A stretch of 64,000 bases of DNA. It comes from Tubiluchus corallicola. Taxonomy: Eukaryota; Animalia; Priapulida. The DNA lies in the NCBI GenBank assembly GCA_030141605.1, contig JAQGDQ010002371.1, positions 744,001 through 808,000 on the forward strand, read 5' to 3'. A program made the translations under genes and the position numbers. Below are positions 28,218-41,759 of this stretch, piece by piece. A model generated the notes under the pieces. It did not search any database. It worked only from the letters and a program-made list of their open reading frames with translations, and had not been told where the DNA came from. Each line of letters opens with the position of its first letter. Positions within the stretch are counted from its first letter, which is position 1.

Positions 28218-28975
28218 TGTGTTGGGAGCGGAGTAGGACACTAACCGAAGTAGGAAAATTGGTGTACATGGGCTGCCCAAGTAGGACAATAGAGACAGGT
28301 CGCGAATTGAGTCGTTAACCGTACCGGCAGCGTCCGTTGTATTTATTTATTTAATAATAATAATTGAAAACGTTAATACAAGTTGAATAATTTATTATAC
28401 ATCGGACAAAATAAAATAATCTCGTTCTGAGCTAGTAGGTCGGCCAGTATTGAATTTCGCTTTGATATTAATCTTTTTGAAGTGAAATAAGCCCACTTCT
28501 TAGCCGATTCCAACATTTGCTTAAGGTATATCATTTTTTATTTTGTCCTGCTTCACAGACAGGTGATCCAAGTACTTCACTACCTCTAGGACAAGTAATT
28601 TTTTTATTACTACTTCACTACTAAATAAAAGTTTCATTTTTAAACTTGCAATAATTATTGTTGTAATAACTGTGTGCATAGTTTCTCTCTTTAAAGCATT
28701 AAATACTTAGTTTAATGTTATGATGAGCTAATAATAATGATGATATTATTGTAAAAAAATACATTTGTAATTGTCAAGGATTATCCATATAGTCACTATT
28801 TTCTATAAAGTCACTTTTTTCTAAAACAAATTTAGTTTTGTGTTTTATTATGTCATAATTCTCGATTCCCGACAGAAATGCCAGTGCCCTACTTGGCTGC
28901 CCTGTTTTTCCGCAAATTTAGCACATTTATCGGAAGTGTCCTACTTCGGCTAGTGGTGTACTCCATGCCCCACAG
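28218..28975. mobile_element. MITE copy 2 (uninterrupted), possibly Tc1/mariner-pogo type
   Basis: Left GGGAGCGGAGTAGGACACTAACCGAAGTAGGA is inverted to right TCCTACTTCGGCTAGTGGTGTACTCCATGCCCC; TA flanks both ends. Confidence 0.75.
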
Positions 28976-29050
28976 TATGCATTATCATTAAAATTAATTA
29001 TAAATATGATGTATGCATTATCATTAAAATTAATTATAAATATGATGTAT
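28975..29050. repeat. Tandem duplication, 36-bp unit x2, abutting the MITE right end
   Basis: GTATGCATTATCATTAAAATTAATTATAAATATGAT at 28975 and 29011. Confidence 0.9.
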
Positions 29051-30307
29051 ACAGGGCTGGGCCTAGGAGGTGTGGGCATTGCTGGAAATGATTTGGTGCA
29101 CCCCAGGTTTGCAACTAAGGCCTGCAGAGTCGTAAAAATGTACTATTATAGGTTTTGTATTTCTAAGACAGAATGGAAAGTGCAAAATGCGCATTTAATA
29201 AAAAGTGCAGTGCATGTTAATGGACAAGCATCTACATTTTTATATAATGCCCGACAAGTAACAAACAAAATGTTTAGATCAAAACTGCATAGGTTGTGGA
29301 CACCTTGTACTCGAGACTTGCATGGTCTGAATGTAGTAGCATACTTGGTATTTTGCCACTGAGATATGAATGTTTGTAAAGATGCAGTACATGTGATGAA
29401 TTTCATCACATGTTACAGTAAAAAAATCTATAGCTTTATAGATATTTAAAAGCCATTGCCATTACATATTATTTGTTTAAATATTTGTCTTAAATATACT
29501 AGCTAGCTGTTAAATAATCATAGCGACTTTTGCGGATCTGTATGTTCACATTCAATTGATAGCTTATGTTTCTGCACTGTCAGCAGCAAATAGGGAGCTG
29601 TCATTAACCTGTAGGCAGATAACCCTAACTTTTTAAAGATAATTATCAGTATTTGCAAAATTTTGACATATATTAGTTTTCTTACTCAGTTCCAAACTAT
29701 GTAACTTAGGAAAAGCTTGTTTATTTTTTTATTGCTTTATTAAATTTGAAGTCTCATTAATCTTTCTTGGAAATGTAGAATTTTAAAATGGCATGTGACC
29801 ACTTGTCAAATTTGAAAGTCATATTCCAGGAGATACTAGAAGATAGTGGCTAAGAACCTGGGGAGCACTGCAAGCTTCCTTAGCACTTTTTTTAAATTTG
29901 AGGGTATGTTGGAGACACAATTGGACACTTAGGCAATTGTAAGAAATTAGGAAAAACACATGCTTTTTGTGGTTACTTTTTCCAAGACAGCTGCAAAATA
30001 TTAAGTTTACTTAAGTGAAGGCTTGTTGCCTACTTTAATATTTTTTGCCACTAACAAAATTCATTGTTATGGGGATGCACCATATCAGAGTTATTGTATG
30101 AAGCCTGATGAACTTTAATAATTGTTTGTATTATGCAGAATATCAAAAATATTGTACTTAATTGTTAAAAATTATGTTCATATTATTTTAGTTATTATGT
30201 TTATACTTGCACTATGTGCACATTTATGAATTTTGTTTGCGTTCTTTGCAAGAATTTTATTTTGTTAGTTTGGGAATACTGTCACTTTTTGTTTGTTTCA
30301 GAAAATC

Positions 30308-33300
30308 ATGGGGAAACATGGTATGAAAGCAAAAGCAAGGAAGCCAAAAAGACTGCACAGAAAAGGTGGGTATAATTACAGTAATTCATTCAGTTTCTTT
30401 AGTGCAGCATGATTATGGTTTAAACGAAAAACTTCTGATATGACTGTAAACTCATTAAAAAAAGAGAAGATTTAAGAGCTGTAACAGCCTTTAGGCATGG
30501 AAAGTTAATCATTTAGTCATCTGTCATCAGCTAGTCTAAGTCATTAGTCATTTTTATTTGATTTGTCAACCATTTCCAATACAATCCAAGTATAAAAAAG
30601 TATTTGTGGGAAAATGCAGTTTGTCTTGATTGATGATCTAGTCAGTACTGCATTGTAACATACCCCGACACATCGTCTCCCTTCATTACATTGCATTTCA
30701 ATACAGTATACTGCATTTAACTGCACTACACTACTCTACAGTGACTACGCTACACCTCACTATGCTATTCTACGATAAACTGCAGTGCACTACACTACAC
30801 TACACTACATTCTTTATGAATATGGCTTAAATGTATATGGTTTTTCATGTGCTTTGGCACACTGTAAGCTGAAATCCAGGATTCAAAAAGTGAATCTACT
30901 CAACAATGTGTTTATGGCATAACTAGAGCCTAGCTCGCTGTCAAAGATATCCTGTAAATTCTGAGTGACAAACCCAAACCAAGCTAATATCAACACACAT
31001 TACTTTCATAAATGGCAAATGCCTGTCCACTCAACCACGAACCTGGTCATCTAATGTCATTTTGTATGCTACATAGGTTCACAGAGGCCTGATGAAGAAA
31101 GCAATGCAAGACAACACAAGAAAACAACCAAAAAGTCCAAACAGAAGTTTGGAGTGAATGCATTACTAGAAAAAGTTTGTACTGTTTTAATTTTGAAGTC
31201 TTTCTTAATTTGCAGCCATCCTGTTACTGGCCATCCATGCTTTTTATTCATTTTAATTTTATGCGTGTTTCTGTCAAACGTTTTGAGTGCCCCTGTACAT
31301 TGTTATAGTGGGCACCTTTACAGAAATGGTCAATTTTTTTAAGAGCGAAATGCATTTATTAGTCTTTCAACTGCTTGCAAAAAGGTACCATAGCTACACA
31401 TTCTGGTGCAATAAACAAGTATTTGACTGCACAAATGCACGTGCGAGTTTAGCTATAAGCTGTAGATGACTGAAGCATAATGTCTCTAAGCCTGAATATA
31501 CCTCTACGGAGAAGAGTGGTCTCCAAAAAATATACGTTTTGATAAGAAGTGCTAGTTCACTGAGGTGCTTCTAGTAGCAAGTCAGTGAAGTCACTTAATT
31601 ATTATTAGTTCAGTAAATCTCAGTTTTCTCCTAGAGCACGAGAACTAATTTTGTCTTTTCTCTTGGATGTAATGTATTAATAAAAGACGACCTTAAAAAT
31701 ACTTAGCAGCAAATTTCTATTTGGTAATTAGTTGGTAAAGTAGTAAATTTTGTTGCTTTACCTTTATCAATCCATATAGTTCATGTAAGTGTAAATAACA
31801 TTGTTTATTAGTTTCAATTTCTAAAATTCATTTTCAATTTATGGTTCAAACAAAATTTTGAGATGTCTTCTGATTATTTTATTTTAGGCACGTGAATGTC
31901 TCGACAGATTTGACATTGAAGTGGCACAGAAATTTTGTCATAGAGCTTTGGAAATAGAACCTGACAATTTAAAAGTATTGGAAACTACATCAAGCCTTCT
32001 TTTAGAAACTGGAGATGTGGATGCCGCATTACAGGTAAAAGTGCTGTAATTAGCAAGACTTAGATTTATAAATTCTACAGCTTTGATGGATTAGACATTG
32101 TTGCATCAGAGATCACACATTTTGCTTTAATAAATAACTATAGTGTTGTAATACAGTGATCACTGTAGTGTATTCTCTTGCCAGACAAATTGCTTTTTGT
32201 GCTCATAATTATTGAATGTGGCCTTCCAATTGTTAGTACACTCATTCTTATCGTGTATTGTGCATAAAACTAGTCTACTACGTGCAGATACTTGGAATAT
32301 ACTTCACCAATTGTTTTTTAATACAGGTCTCCCAAATAAGGCACTGATTAGTAATGAGAGAGGTGTTTTGATTTTATTATAGCATGAATACGGACAAATG
32401 TTTTTTTTGTTTGCACACTGAATTGTCACCAAATGCCTTTGCAATTAATCACGACTTTTTCAGAAAGAAACAATCTTGCTTTACTTGCAGTTTTTGAATA
32501 TGCTTCTACAATCAGTGAAAAACATTTTCTAAAAGTACATTTGTGCCATTTTTAACAATATCTTTAACTTGTAAACTAGCTGATTGTGCTGTTTCCTTTA
32601 CATAAAATTACCTTGTTCTTCTCATTAGTATTTAAATCGGGCAGTCAGTCTCTCACCCGATGAAGGCCATACAAAGTTTCTGTGTCTTGGGCAAGTTCTT
32701 AAAGGACAGGAAGCTGTTAAGTGCTATCAAAAAGCCATTGATATCATGTTGTCTGAGAGGTCAGCTGATTCTGAAAATAAGGTATGGTACCTATTCTTAG
32801 CAGCAGTATTTGGGCACTCATCAGGCTAGTAACTTAGTAACTTAGCTTAGATCTGTGTCTTCAGAACTTCAGAATCAACTCTGTGTCTCTAGGTTGCAGT
32901 AAAGCAGACTACAGAGTTATTTTTTAGTTGCCCACTTGAGTAGTTATTATTTACTTTGATTACATGTCATTGTTGTACATGTGTCTTAATTTTGAAATTG
33001 TTTTGTTTCCTTTTGCTTTTATTTGATATAAATTGCATTAATTTTGTATTTTTAATAGTTGCCATATGATTTGTTTTCTCCACTCTTATTCTCATTTTTC
33101 TAACAGCAATGTCTGCCTGCCCTGTATTTTTTTAAGTAGAGATATGACCTTTGAAATTGTTATACGTTGTTATGACGTGATTTTCTTATAAAGGCAAATA
33201 AACATTTCTGATTTTTTACTCATAGACAATATTTCGCTCATAAGCCTCTTGCTAAATCATCTTGTGATTGTGATTGCCACTGCACTGAATCAAAAATGAG

Positions 33301-36300
33301 AAATCTAGTGGACTATTTGTGAAAGTCGTATAACAGCACAGGAAAGAGTGACAAAGCACTATTACTGTTAAGTAGCACTTGGGTAGTAAATAAATAGCTT
33401 TGTTTGGGTTTATATCATTTTTTAATTTAGCTATTTAAACACTACTTTTTCCAGACAGAAGCAGATGGTGCAATTGGCGTTGAGGATGTCTCCAGTTTCC
33501 CATCGTTAACTGAAATCTCTTCTGCATATTGTTCTGTTGCAGAAATATACATGACTGATTGTTGGTGAGCAAAATTTCTTTTGCCTTGGGGTCTTTACTT
33601 ACAGATCTGATGAAGGAAGTATAACTCAAAATTGGTGTGATTATAAACATTACCCTCCTGTAAAGCCTGTAATTCAATAATATAGGTTTCCTGTTTTTTT
33701 TGTAAAAAATGGCAAAAACCAAAATCCTATTCATTAGATATTGAAACATGGGATTTTTAAATACTAGTTCTAGTTGTCTGCCAAATTTTAGCTAACTACA
33801 TTTTTGCAAATGGTGTTGCTGAGCTGTATGATTATAATTTGAATAGAAAGAGCATTTGCACAACTTTGGTCTTATGAGTTTATGTATGTAACTTAGGAAA
33901 GTTGAAATTTTATGGAATACGAAATATTGTTTGTTTGCCCATTTTATCCAGTCACCTTTTGAAGTTCATATTATGTCTTATCTTATCATTCTTGAAGGCT
34001 TCAATATCTGATTTACAGTTTTGAAGAAAATGCAGAGCATCTTTGTAAAGGTTATATAGAAAAAGCCATAGAAACTGATCCAGGCAATCCAGAAGCTCAT
34101 CATTTAAAAGCAAGCTTTCTTACTACTATAGGTAACCGTGAGGTAATATTTTTTAAACTTCATTATGAGACAAAAGTATAACATTTTGCTCTATTGATTT
34201 AGTTTTCACTATACACTACCTTAGTAATGAATAATGAACTGAGTAAAAAAATGCAAAAAGTCTGAATAAGAAAATTAGTCTTACATGTCGACGACATTAT
34301 CACTTTTAATAATTGTCATACTTTGCTATTTACTGTCATGTAAATATTATGTTTATTGATATTATCCTTACTTATTTATCTGCTGTTTTCCTGCTGTCAA
34401 ACTGGTTAAAACACTAAAAAATGAACAAAAAGACCCAAAGACATTTTTCTTGCAATGGATTATTCGATTCCAAATAACACTAATATGTTAAAATTCAGTT
34501 TGTGCAGTTTGTTATGCTTTGAGGAATGCAGTTTTAACATCTTACTTCCATGTTAAGAAAAAACAGTGTGTTGTTTTTACGTACAAGAAGTTGATGTTTG
34601 AATACTTTTAGCAACATTTCTTTTCTAACTTCCCAGATAGAGGTTATTTTTGCTTCAGTATTTAATGGATTACACAACAATAATTACCGAATCTCACAAT
34701 TTACTTTTTTGGAGATTTATTGCTTGAAGAGAAATATATGAGCTTCTAATGTGTGTTTTTTACAGGAAGCCAAAGAATCTGCCGAGAAGGGTTTATCTCT
34801 CTGGCTTCCAAACCTCCAAGCTGTTCAGCAAGGGCATCTTGAAAGTGACTCCAAAGTCGACCTTGTTGAGGTATCAACTTTTGTTGACATTATTGGTCGT
34901 ATTGTGGTATACACATTGACACCAGTGATGTAGTCAAGTCTTTCGGTACCAGTCCAAGTTGAGTTTCAAGTCCTTGGGGCTCAAGTCCAAGTCAAGTCTC
35001 AAATCACTGTGACCAGCATTCAACTCAAGTCTTGAGTCTTATTGCCCAAGTTATTGTGTCTGTGTCTGAGCTGGGTCCTAGGTTATGTTCATGTTGTCAT
35101 GTACATCTTTAAATAGAGTTTCAAGATAAAATATTCTAAGGTTTAATCAATTTTCAAACTCCTGATTAATAATAATAAATTGTTATTTTTGGTGTTATTT
35201 TGCTTATTACTGCACTAAATTTATTGAGTAATATTGATTATTGAATTTTGCTTACAAATGGTTTTACATTTTAATAGCAATTTTGCAGTGGTGTTATAGT
35301 GAGTATTTATAACATAAAAATTATATTATAATCAGTAGTACTAATTACAATGTACAGGCAGTTAGTCAAGTTTCTTATTACATTTAAGAAACACTATGTC
35401 AATTAGGTTCTTATCTGACAAGCTTAGCTCTGTGGTCTTACTAACAAGCCACTCTGACTGAAGACTCGCACATGTAACAGATATCCTAGTAGCTGGGTAT
35501 CTATACACTGATTAGCCAGTTTAAAAAGCCTGGCACTAAAAAAACTGACGTAATGTTTCTGATGTTGTGTCAAGTGTACATTTAATGTTGTAATAACAGG
35601 AAAGTTTTTAACTGAGCGTAGATGTGACCACAACGGTGACCCTAGAGAGTTCAAGAACTCCACTTAGGTATAAAATATAAACATGACAATAGGCAACAAA
35701 CACTGTTCGAGTGCCAGAATTGAAATGCTTTGTTAAAGGAAGACAGGATGATTTTTCATATACTACCACATTTTCAAGTCCGATAAAAAATATACATTTT
35801 AACACAATTAGTGCTGCAAAAGCATTTCTGTTAATTAAATAATAGATTAAAAACTTAGTTAATGGCGTGCGAGCACAACTATTGATGACATCACAAACTA
35901 ACATCATTTTCAACAGCAAAAAATATTCCACGAGCACGTTGCACGTGTTTGCAAAAGCGAAAACTGAGGCACAGTACTCCACTCAGTTAAAATCTCTTCG
36001 AACAATGTAACTACAAGTAAAGGCTTTGTACCTTGTCCTATTTGAGGCTCCCTAGACTACCAATTTGTTAACCTCGGTGATTTAACACTTTTTCAGCAAA
36101 AAATTTGGCCCTTTAATAAAAAAGTAACTCGTTATCCTAATAAAAAACAATTTGTTAAAACTAAATAGGTTTAAAAATGTTTGATTACTTAAAAATTATA
36201 AATTTTTATTGTTTGATGTATAATTTTTAGCAGCTGCAGCATGATCTTTGCTGGAAATTTTATGAAAATTATGAAGTGTTAAAGCATTTGGTAAACAGTA

Positions 36301-37464
36301 GGCCGGGGCTAAGAAGTGCAGGGCCAAATTAGAAAATTATTAGTGGAGCTGTTTGCCCCACTAATGATGCAGAACAATATAAACAGTTTGGACATATTTA
36401 ACAAAACAAACTATATTCCAAGCGTTATGTTATATAACCTCATTAACAGCACTGTTTATGTTTTGAGTGTTTGAATATCATCATCAAATTAGCAAAATTA
36501 AAATCCAATGACAATCTAACTAATGCATATAGGGTTTTTACCATTTACTTTTTTAAAAGGTAAATTGCAAGAATAAACTGAAATTATAAAACAAATGAAC
36601 AAACAATCAGCAAAAAACATTGTAATATAGGTGATATGTGAGGAAAGACTGAATAGTTTCACTCCTTCACAGTATCAAGAAACTTCATGCACATTGGACA
36701 CTCATTAATTCATCATAGCATCCTCCACTCGGGCGTGTGCACAGGGCCCCCTTTTGGCGCAGAGCCCATTTTGAACAAATGTGTCTATTTGACTTAAAAC
36801 CAGTCTTGATAAACAGTTATTCAAAGTGGTTACTTCTAATAAAAAAGATTATTGCTAACGTGAATGGATCTAACAAATGCATTTTAGTTTTACACAACCT
36901 TGTTTAGTGACTGCAGAACTTCAATGAATCTGAAAGTTTTAATCACATGTTATGTTATTGCCATCTCTTATAGAAAACTATTGCTTTAATGCCATTTTGA
37001 TAAAACTACTGTAATAAAATTTGTTAATATTTAGGTTTGTTCACTCAGCATTCAGAGCAGGATAGCAATATCTCAGCTACTCATTGAACTAGAAGAATAT
37101 GATGTAAGTTTTTTCTGAAATGCTTTTATCTACATGCCTAATTATGATATAAGTAAAACAAAGTTTTCTTTATTGTAAATAAAAACAATGTAATTAACTA
37201 AGCTTTTTAATTTCAGAAAGCAAATGAAGTCTTAGATCTTCTTGTTGATGAAGATGATGAAATTGCAATCGTAAGTTTTGATTTTAATTTTCTTGTTCGT
37301 AGATTGGACCAGTTACTTTTGTTTGTCATTTAGATTATCACAACTTTTTAAAAGAAATATGCATTTTTTCTGTGCAGGTTTGGTATTTACTGGGTTGGCT
37401 GAATTACTTGAAAGGTTCTGACTATTATGGAAATGCAAAATTTTATTTAAATAAGGCAAAAAAG
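30308..37464 (+). CDS. ACL4: Acl4-like TPR protein (probable assembly chaperone of Rpl4), 335 aa recovered; terminal exon not found
   Basis: Exons 30308-30365, 31077-31174, 31888-32034, 32629-32781, 33455-33564, 34019-34142, 34766-34870, 37035-37103, 37217-37270, 37378-37464; all GT-AG and in phase. Basic N-terminus; TPR helices (AQKFCHRALEIEPDN; AVSLSPDEGHTKFLCLGQ); Acl4-type motifs SAYCSVAEIYMTDCC, DPGNPEA, SRIAISQLLIE, DEDDE..VWYLLGW. The last exon ends in a GTAAGT donor with no stop. Confidence 0.88.
30685..30810. repeat. Degenerate (CTACA)n pentamer tract
   Basis: Read directly. Confidence 0.75.
34923..35050 (+). mobile_element. hAT-like left end with CAAGTC subterminal repeats
   Basis: CAGTGATG followed by multiple CAAGTC/GAGTC repeats. 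Confidence 0.45.
36299..36808. mobile_element. hAT-type MITE in an Acl4 intron
   Basis: Degenerate termini TAGGCCGG and CCAGTCTTG; 8-bp TSD GTAAACAG (36291-36298) versus ATAAACAG (36809-36816). Confidence 0.65.
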
Positions 37465-39164
37465 GTAAGTAACACATTGTTAATGTTATGCTGGCACATT
37501 ACATAGTGTAGCATGTAAATTTTATGCTGGCAGATTACATAGTGTAGCAATCATAGCAGTTATATAAGAGCATGCAATGTTATATAACTGCATAAACTAG
37601 TGATCTTGAAACTTTGAAACTGGTCCAAATGTCAGTGGAAATGTCAGCAAAATATTGTAAAAATTTTTTAACAACTTTATCATTTGCCTCCACCTTTTAC
37701 TGGTATACCTATGTGTGTCATGTAATTTGTTGGAAATATGAAAAGCCATGGTTTTACTTTTTTGGTTTATTCCCTAATGTATGGAAAAATTGAGTAGTCT
37801 GCCAGCAAAAATGGGATGATAATAACAATTTTTGCTGGACAGTAAAGGTTGTAAAACAGTTGGTTTGGTGTCAGCATACTTACCAGTCACTCTTCATGAT
37901 CAGATTTTTAATATCAGTATATCATTTTCCTAAAATTAATGTGCACAGCTAGGAGTCACTCAACATTGGAAACAGTTTGAGAAACTTACAGCATGTTTTA
38001 TCTTTTCTTTGTACATTATTGTGGGCATTTTCTTTGAAATTTGTGTGATTTCATTATCAAAACTATGATTTTAACTGTCAAATTTTTCTTAAACTGTTGT
38101 TGACCTTTGGCACAAGGTGATTTGCAGGCAAAACTACAGACAAATGTGTTACAAAGAAACATCTCCTCATTTTTTCAACTTCATTTATGTACAAGATAAC
38201 AGTCAGAAATAAAAGGATCATTCAAAATAGGTGACATGTGAAAAGCTGTTTACAAACATTTTTAACAGACAATTTGTAACAGATGCATTATGGGATTCCC
38301 CACTATTCAGTTAGCTCATGTCGAGTAAAAATAAATAACTACATGCATGCAATACTTTGCATGTCCTGACTTTCTAGCTTATTCATATATATTTTAGTAA
38401 AGTTAAAGGAAGTTACTTGAAAATGATACATTGTGAAGCGTCACAGCCTGCTAATGCCCTATATGAGTGGCTCATTTAGAATAAGTAAGGTGCCATTTCT
38501 GTAGAAAAATGGAAACATAGTCCCACAAATGGGAAAAATTGAGCAGTATAATAATGCAAGGCAGTTATCATTATGCAAGACAACTGTCATATTCATATGA
38601 CTATATGCTTTGCTGAAACAAACATTGTAAAATAGACAATTAAATAATTTTAGCTTGTGAAGATCATCAACTGCCTTAACATTGTTTGACCAATGTTAGC
38701 AAAAATGGTAGTATTAAAAACTCATATACAGCAACAAGTAAAAGCATTGCCATATTGGCTACATACCTCGTTAGGATCATGCTTGTTTTATTAGGCCACA
38801 AGTCGATAAACATTTATATGTTCATTTACAAGTACATTAAATGCACTTGAGTGGTTCACTTTAAACCTCAAATGTAACACCAGTTCATGTTCTTGTCTAC
38901 TGTGTTACCTGTCAATTATTTTGCCCATTATGGTATCTGTTATGGAAGTTTTAAAAGACTCCACATCTTATCTATTATTATAAGAAATTTTTGAACATTC
39001 ATTGCTTCATAAGCGTGATAACACTTTCTGCACCACATTACCTGTCTATAAAATAACAGAACACTACTCACAATACAACAGTATTATTTACAAACAAATT
39101 TACACTTTGTCTTTTATAAAAAGACACTAACTTCACAATAATACCAAACAGTCTAAATGCAGCA

Positions 39165-41759
39165 TTATACCGAGGTGACAATTGCTGTTGTTTCCGAGTT
39201 ATCTAAGTGCTTCTTTGTTTCACTAGAGTGGATGGGTGGTGGTGGTGGGGGAGGAACAACAGACATAAAATCTCTTTCTTTTTTACTAACTGTCCTGCTT
39301 TTTAGCACGCACACATAAGCACACAGAATGATTACTAAAACGGCACACATTCCCAATGAACTTGCTAGTATTATGATGATTAAGAAATGCTCATTTTCTA
39401 TTCCTGTGCACACAGAAGCACTGTGATCACTGTTCTTTTTATCACTATTGGGAGTGTCTGTTTCAAAATGCTTGTTGTCATAGAAACCATTGTTCATTGA
39501 ACTAGTGCACACAAATGACGACGGCTGTAAGCACATAATACACTTATTCATTAAATATGGCGGTCCATAACACGTGATACTGTTTAGTTCATCTATATCA
39601 GCAAGGCTGCTGCGCGATTTATTTTTCCACAACTCTAACCATTCACGCAACCATTTTATTTGACAGTCACAAATCCAAGGGTTCTTATTTATCCTTAAAG
39701 TCTTGATGCCAAGTGCATGTGTTTTTGTCAGCACATCTGTGTCCATGCGCATAATCCGATTATGGCTGAGATCTAACCAGCTCAACATCTGCAGTTTTTT
39801 AAACAGCTGACCTTTAATAGTAGAAATATTGTTATAGCCAAGATCGAGCTGTTGTAATGTTGGAATGTCATTAAATGCACTGTCTGCTATATCTGTTATT
39901 GTGTTATTTGCTAGCGATAAATGTCTGAAAGACTTCATGATCTGAAAACTACCATTTTCAATAACTTTTATCTGGTTGTGACTGATATTTATCACAATAA
40001 CTTCGCTCAAGTTATAAAAACTATTCACTTGTATGTCGCTAATGTTGTTGTGAGATAAATCAAGGCTCTGTAAACTAGATAAATTCGAAAAAGTCCATGC
40101 TTGAATCTTTTCTATGCGGTTGAAAGATAAATTAATAGCTGTTATAGAACTAGTAAATGGTCCACCTTGAAATGCCATTGGGTCAACAGTGCTGATATTG
40201 TTTCCTTCGAGGTGAATGTTCAGCAAACTCTTCATATTACAGAAAGAGTTATCTGGCAATCGGTATACGTTGTTGTTTTCCATCTGAAGGCTTTGCAAAG
40301 CGGTCATATTTATAAAAGCTTCTTTTGGGAAAATACTAATGTGATTATTTCTAAGTACAAGGTGCTGAAGACTCTTTTCAACCCCAAGGAAGGCTTTTGA
40401 GCTGATGTGATCGATTTTATTATTGCCTAAAGTGAGTATCCTTAGTGAACGGAGAGTAAAAAATGATTCGTCTGGTATCCATCGTATCTGATTATCTTGT
40501 AGAGATAAGCTCCATAAATTAGTAAATCCATAGAGTGCTGATACTGGAATTTCTGTCAGCAAGTTTCCTTCCAAGTTAAGCGTTCCTGGGTTTTCTTTAA
40601 ATTCCTCTAAGCTATTGGGTGGAATGTTGATATTTTGTATTTCATTGTTACCTAAATTAAGCACATGCAGTGATCTTAAGTTAGCTATTACTGTATACGG
40701 AAATTGACTAATACGGTTACGTGAGAGATGTAGATAGACGAGGCTGTCTTCCAGCCCATTTAGTGCCCCATCAGATATGTTACTGATTTCATTAGCATCC
40801 AAGTTTAGGTTCATTAGATTGGGAAGATTGCGAAAACTGTCATTAGGTATGGATGTTATTTCGTTCGCCCCCAGTACTAAATACTGCAGTTGGTACATAT
40901 TGAGTGCTTCTTTTGGTATCTCTTTTAACTTGTTACTGTGCAGATATAGCAATGTAACATTATCTAGACCGGAAAAGCCATGCTCTTCTATTGTGGTTAC
41001 CTGATTATAAGCAATGTTGAGATGCTCTAATTCAATGAGGCTGCTAAATGCTTGGTTTTGGATGGTTGTAATGTAATTATGAGATAACTTGAGTATAGCA
41101 AGTCTGTCTAAATGGCAAAATGCATTCGAAGTGATGTTCATTAGGTTATTGTTCCGTAAATCTAACTCTTGCAGTGCATCTAACCCTTTAAAGGCATTGT
41201 GAGCTATGCTGTTTATGGAATTTGAATTTAATTTGAGCTGTGTCATTGACGGCAAAGAACTAAATGCATAATTGTGGAGCTTCGTGATCATGTTGTAACC
41301 AAGGTCTAGTTTTTTCAGATTGTGCAAACCTTCGAATACTGCAGATGGAACTTGCGCCATGTTGTTTTCTTTCAGTATCAGCTCTAATAAATAGTCTCTA
41401 GATTCTAAAAATGCTTCTGCTGCAATCGTTTCCAAGTTGTTATTTACAATGTGAAGCTCCTTTATTTTGAGGTGGGAAAGTGTTGGCTGAGGAATAGTGC
41501 TGATTTGATTGTACTCTATCACTAGTTTGGTGATGAAATTATCTTTGTTTACACTTTGCAGTGCTTCGTCGATGCTTTCCAAATTGCTGTTTTCACAGTG
41601 GATGTTAAGTGGATTGGTGCTGGTGCACCAACAAACACTCGTCTTCCTTGTCTCCAGAGGACACAGTTGTGTAGATACCTGGTTTATTAAAGAACAACCA
41701 ACGTATGCATGAAGAAGTTGATAAAACAGCCATAGCAATTTTTCCTGCTTCCCAGCCAT
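39165..41759 (-). CDS. Type-I transmembrane leucine-rich-repeat protein (chaoptin/tartan-like extracellular LRR class), 864 aa, single coding exon
   Basis: Signal-like N-terminus from MAGKQEKLLWLF, LRRNT (CP..CWC..C), >20 LxxLxLxxNxI repeats, LRRCT (NPWICDCQIKWL..C), TM segment (FLIIIILASSLGMCAVLVIILCAYVCVL), and a short tail with P7 and C-terminal VTSV. A strong acceptor (TTTTTGTTGGTTTTTGCAG|ACAATG, 41763/41762) indicates the first 14 aa of the ORF-track call are intronic. Confidence 0.92.
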   Translation of the reverse strand: MAGKQEKLLWLFYQLLHAYVGCSLINQVSTQLCPLETRKTSVCWCTSTNPLNIHCENSNLESIDEALQSVNKDNFITKLVIEYNQISTIPQPTLSHLKIKELHIVNNNLETIAAEAFLESRDYLLELILKENNMAQVPSAVFEGLHNLKKLDLGYNMITKLHNYAFSSLPSMTQLKLNSNSINSIAHNAFKGLDALQELDLRNNNLMNITSNAFCHLDRLAILKLSHNYITTIQNQAFSSLIELEHLNIAYNQVTTIEEHGFSGLDNVTLLYLHSNKLKEIPKEALNMYQLQYLVLGANEITSIPNDSFRNLPNLMNLNLDANEISNISDGALNGLEDSLVYLHLSRNRISQFPYTVIANLRSLHVLNLGNNEIQNINIPPNSLEEFKENPGTLNLEGNLLTEIPVSALYGFTNLWSLSLQDNQIRWIPDESFFTLRSLRILTLGNNKIDHISSKAFLGVEKSLQHLVLRNNHISIFPKEAFINMTALQSLQMENNNVYRLPDNSFCNMKSLLNIHLEGNNISTVDPMAFQGGPFTSSITAINLSFNRIEKIQAWTFSNLSSLQSLDLSHNNISDIQVNSFYNLSEVIVINISHNQIKVIENGSFQIMKSFRHLSLANNTITDIADSAFNDIPTLQQLDLGYNNISTIKGQLFKKLQMLSWLDLSHNRIMRMDTDVLTKTHALGIKTLRINKNPWICDCQIKWLREWLELWKNKSRSSLADIDELNSITCYGPPYLMNKCIMCLQPSSFVCTSSMNNGFYDNKHFETDTPNSDKKNSDHSASVCTGIENEHFLIIIILASSLGMCAVLVIILCAYVCVLKSRTVSKKERDFMSVVPPPPPPPIHSSETKKHLDNSETTAIVTSV

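Noticed and set aside
40167-41712. Plus-strand ORFs overlapping the LRR gene
   Set aside because: They are antisense shadow frames of the LRR coding sequence.
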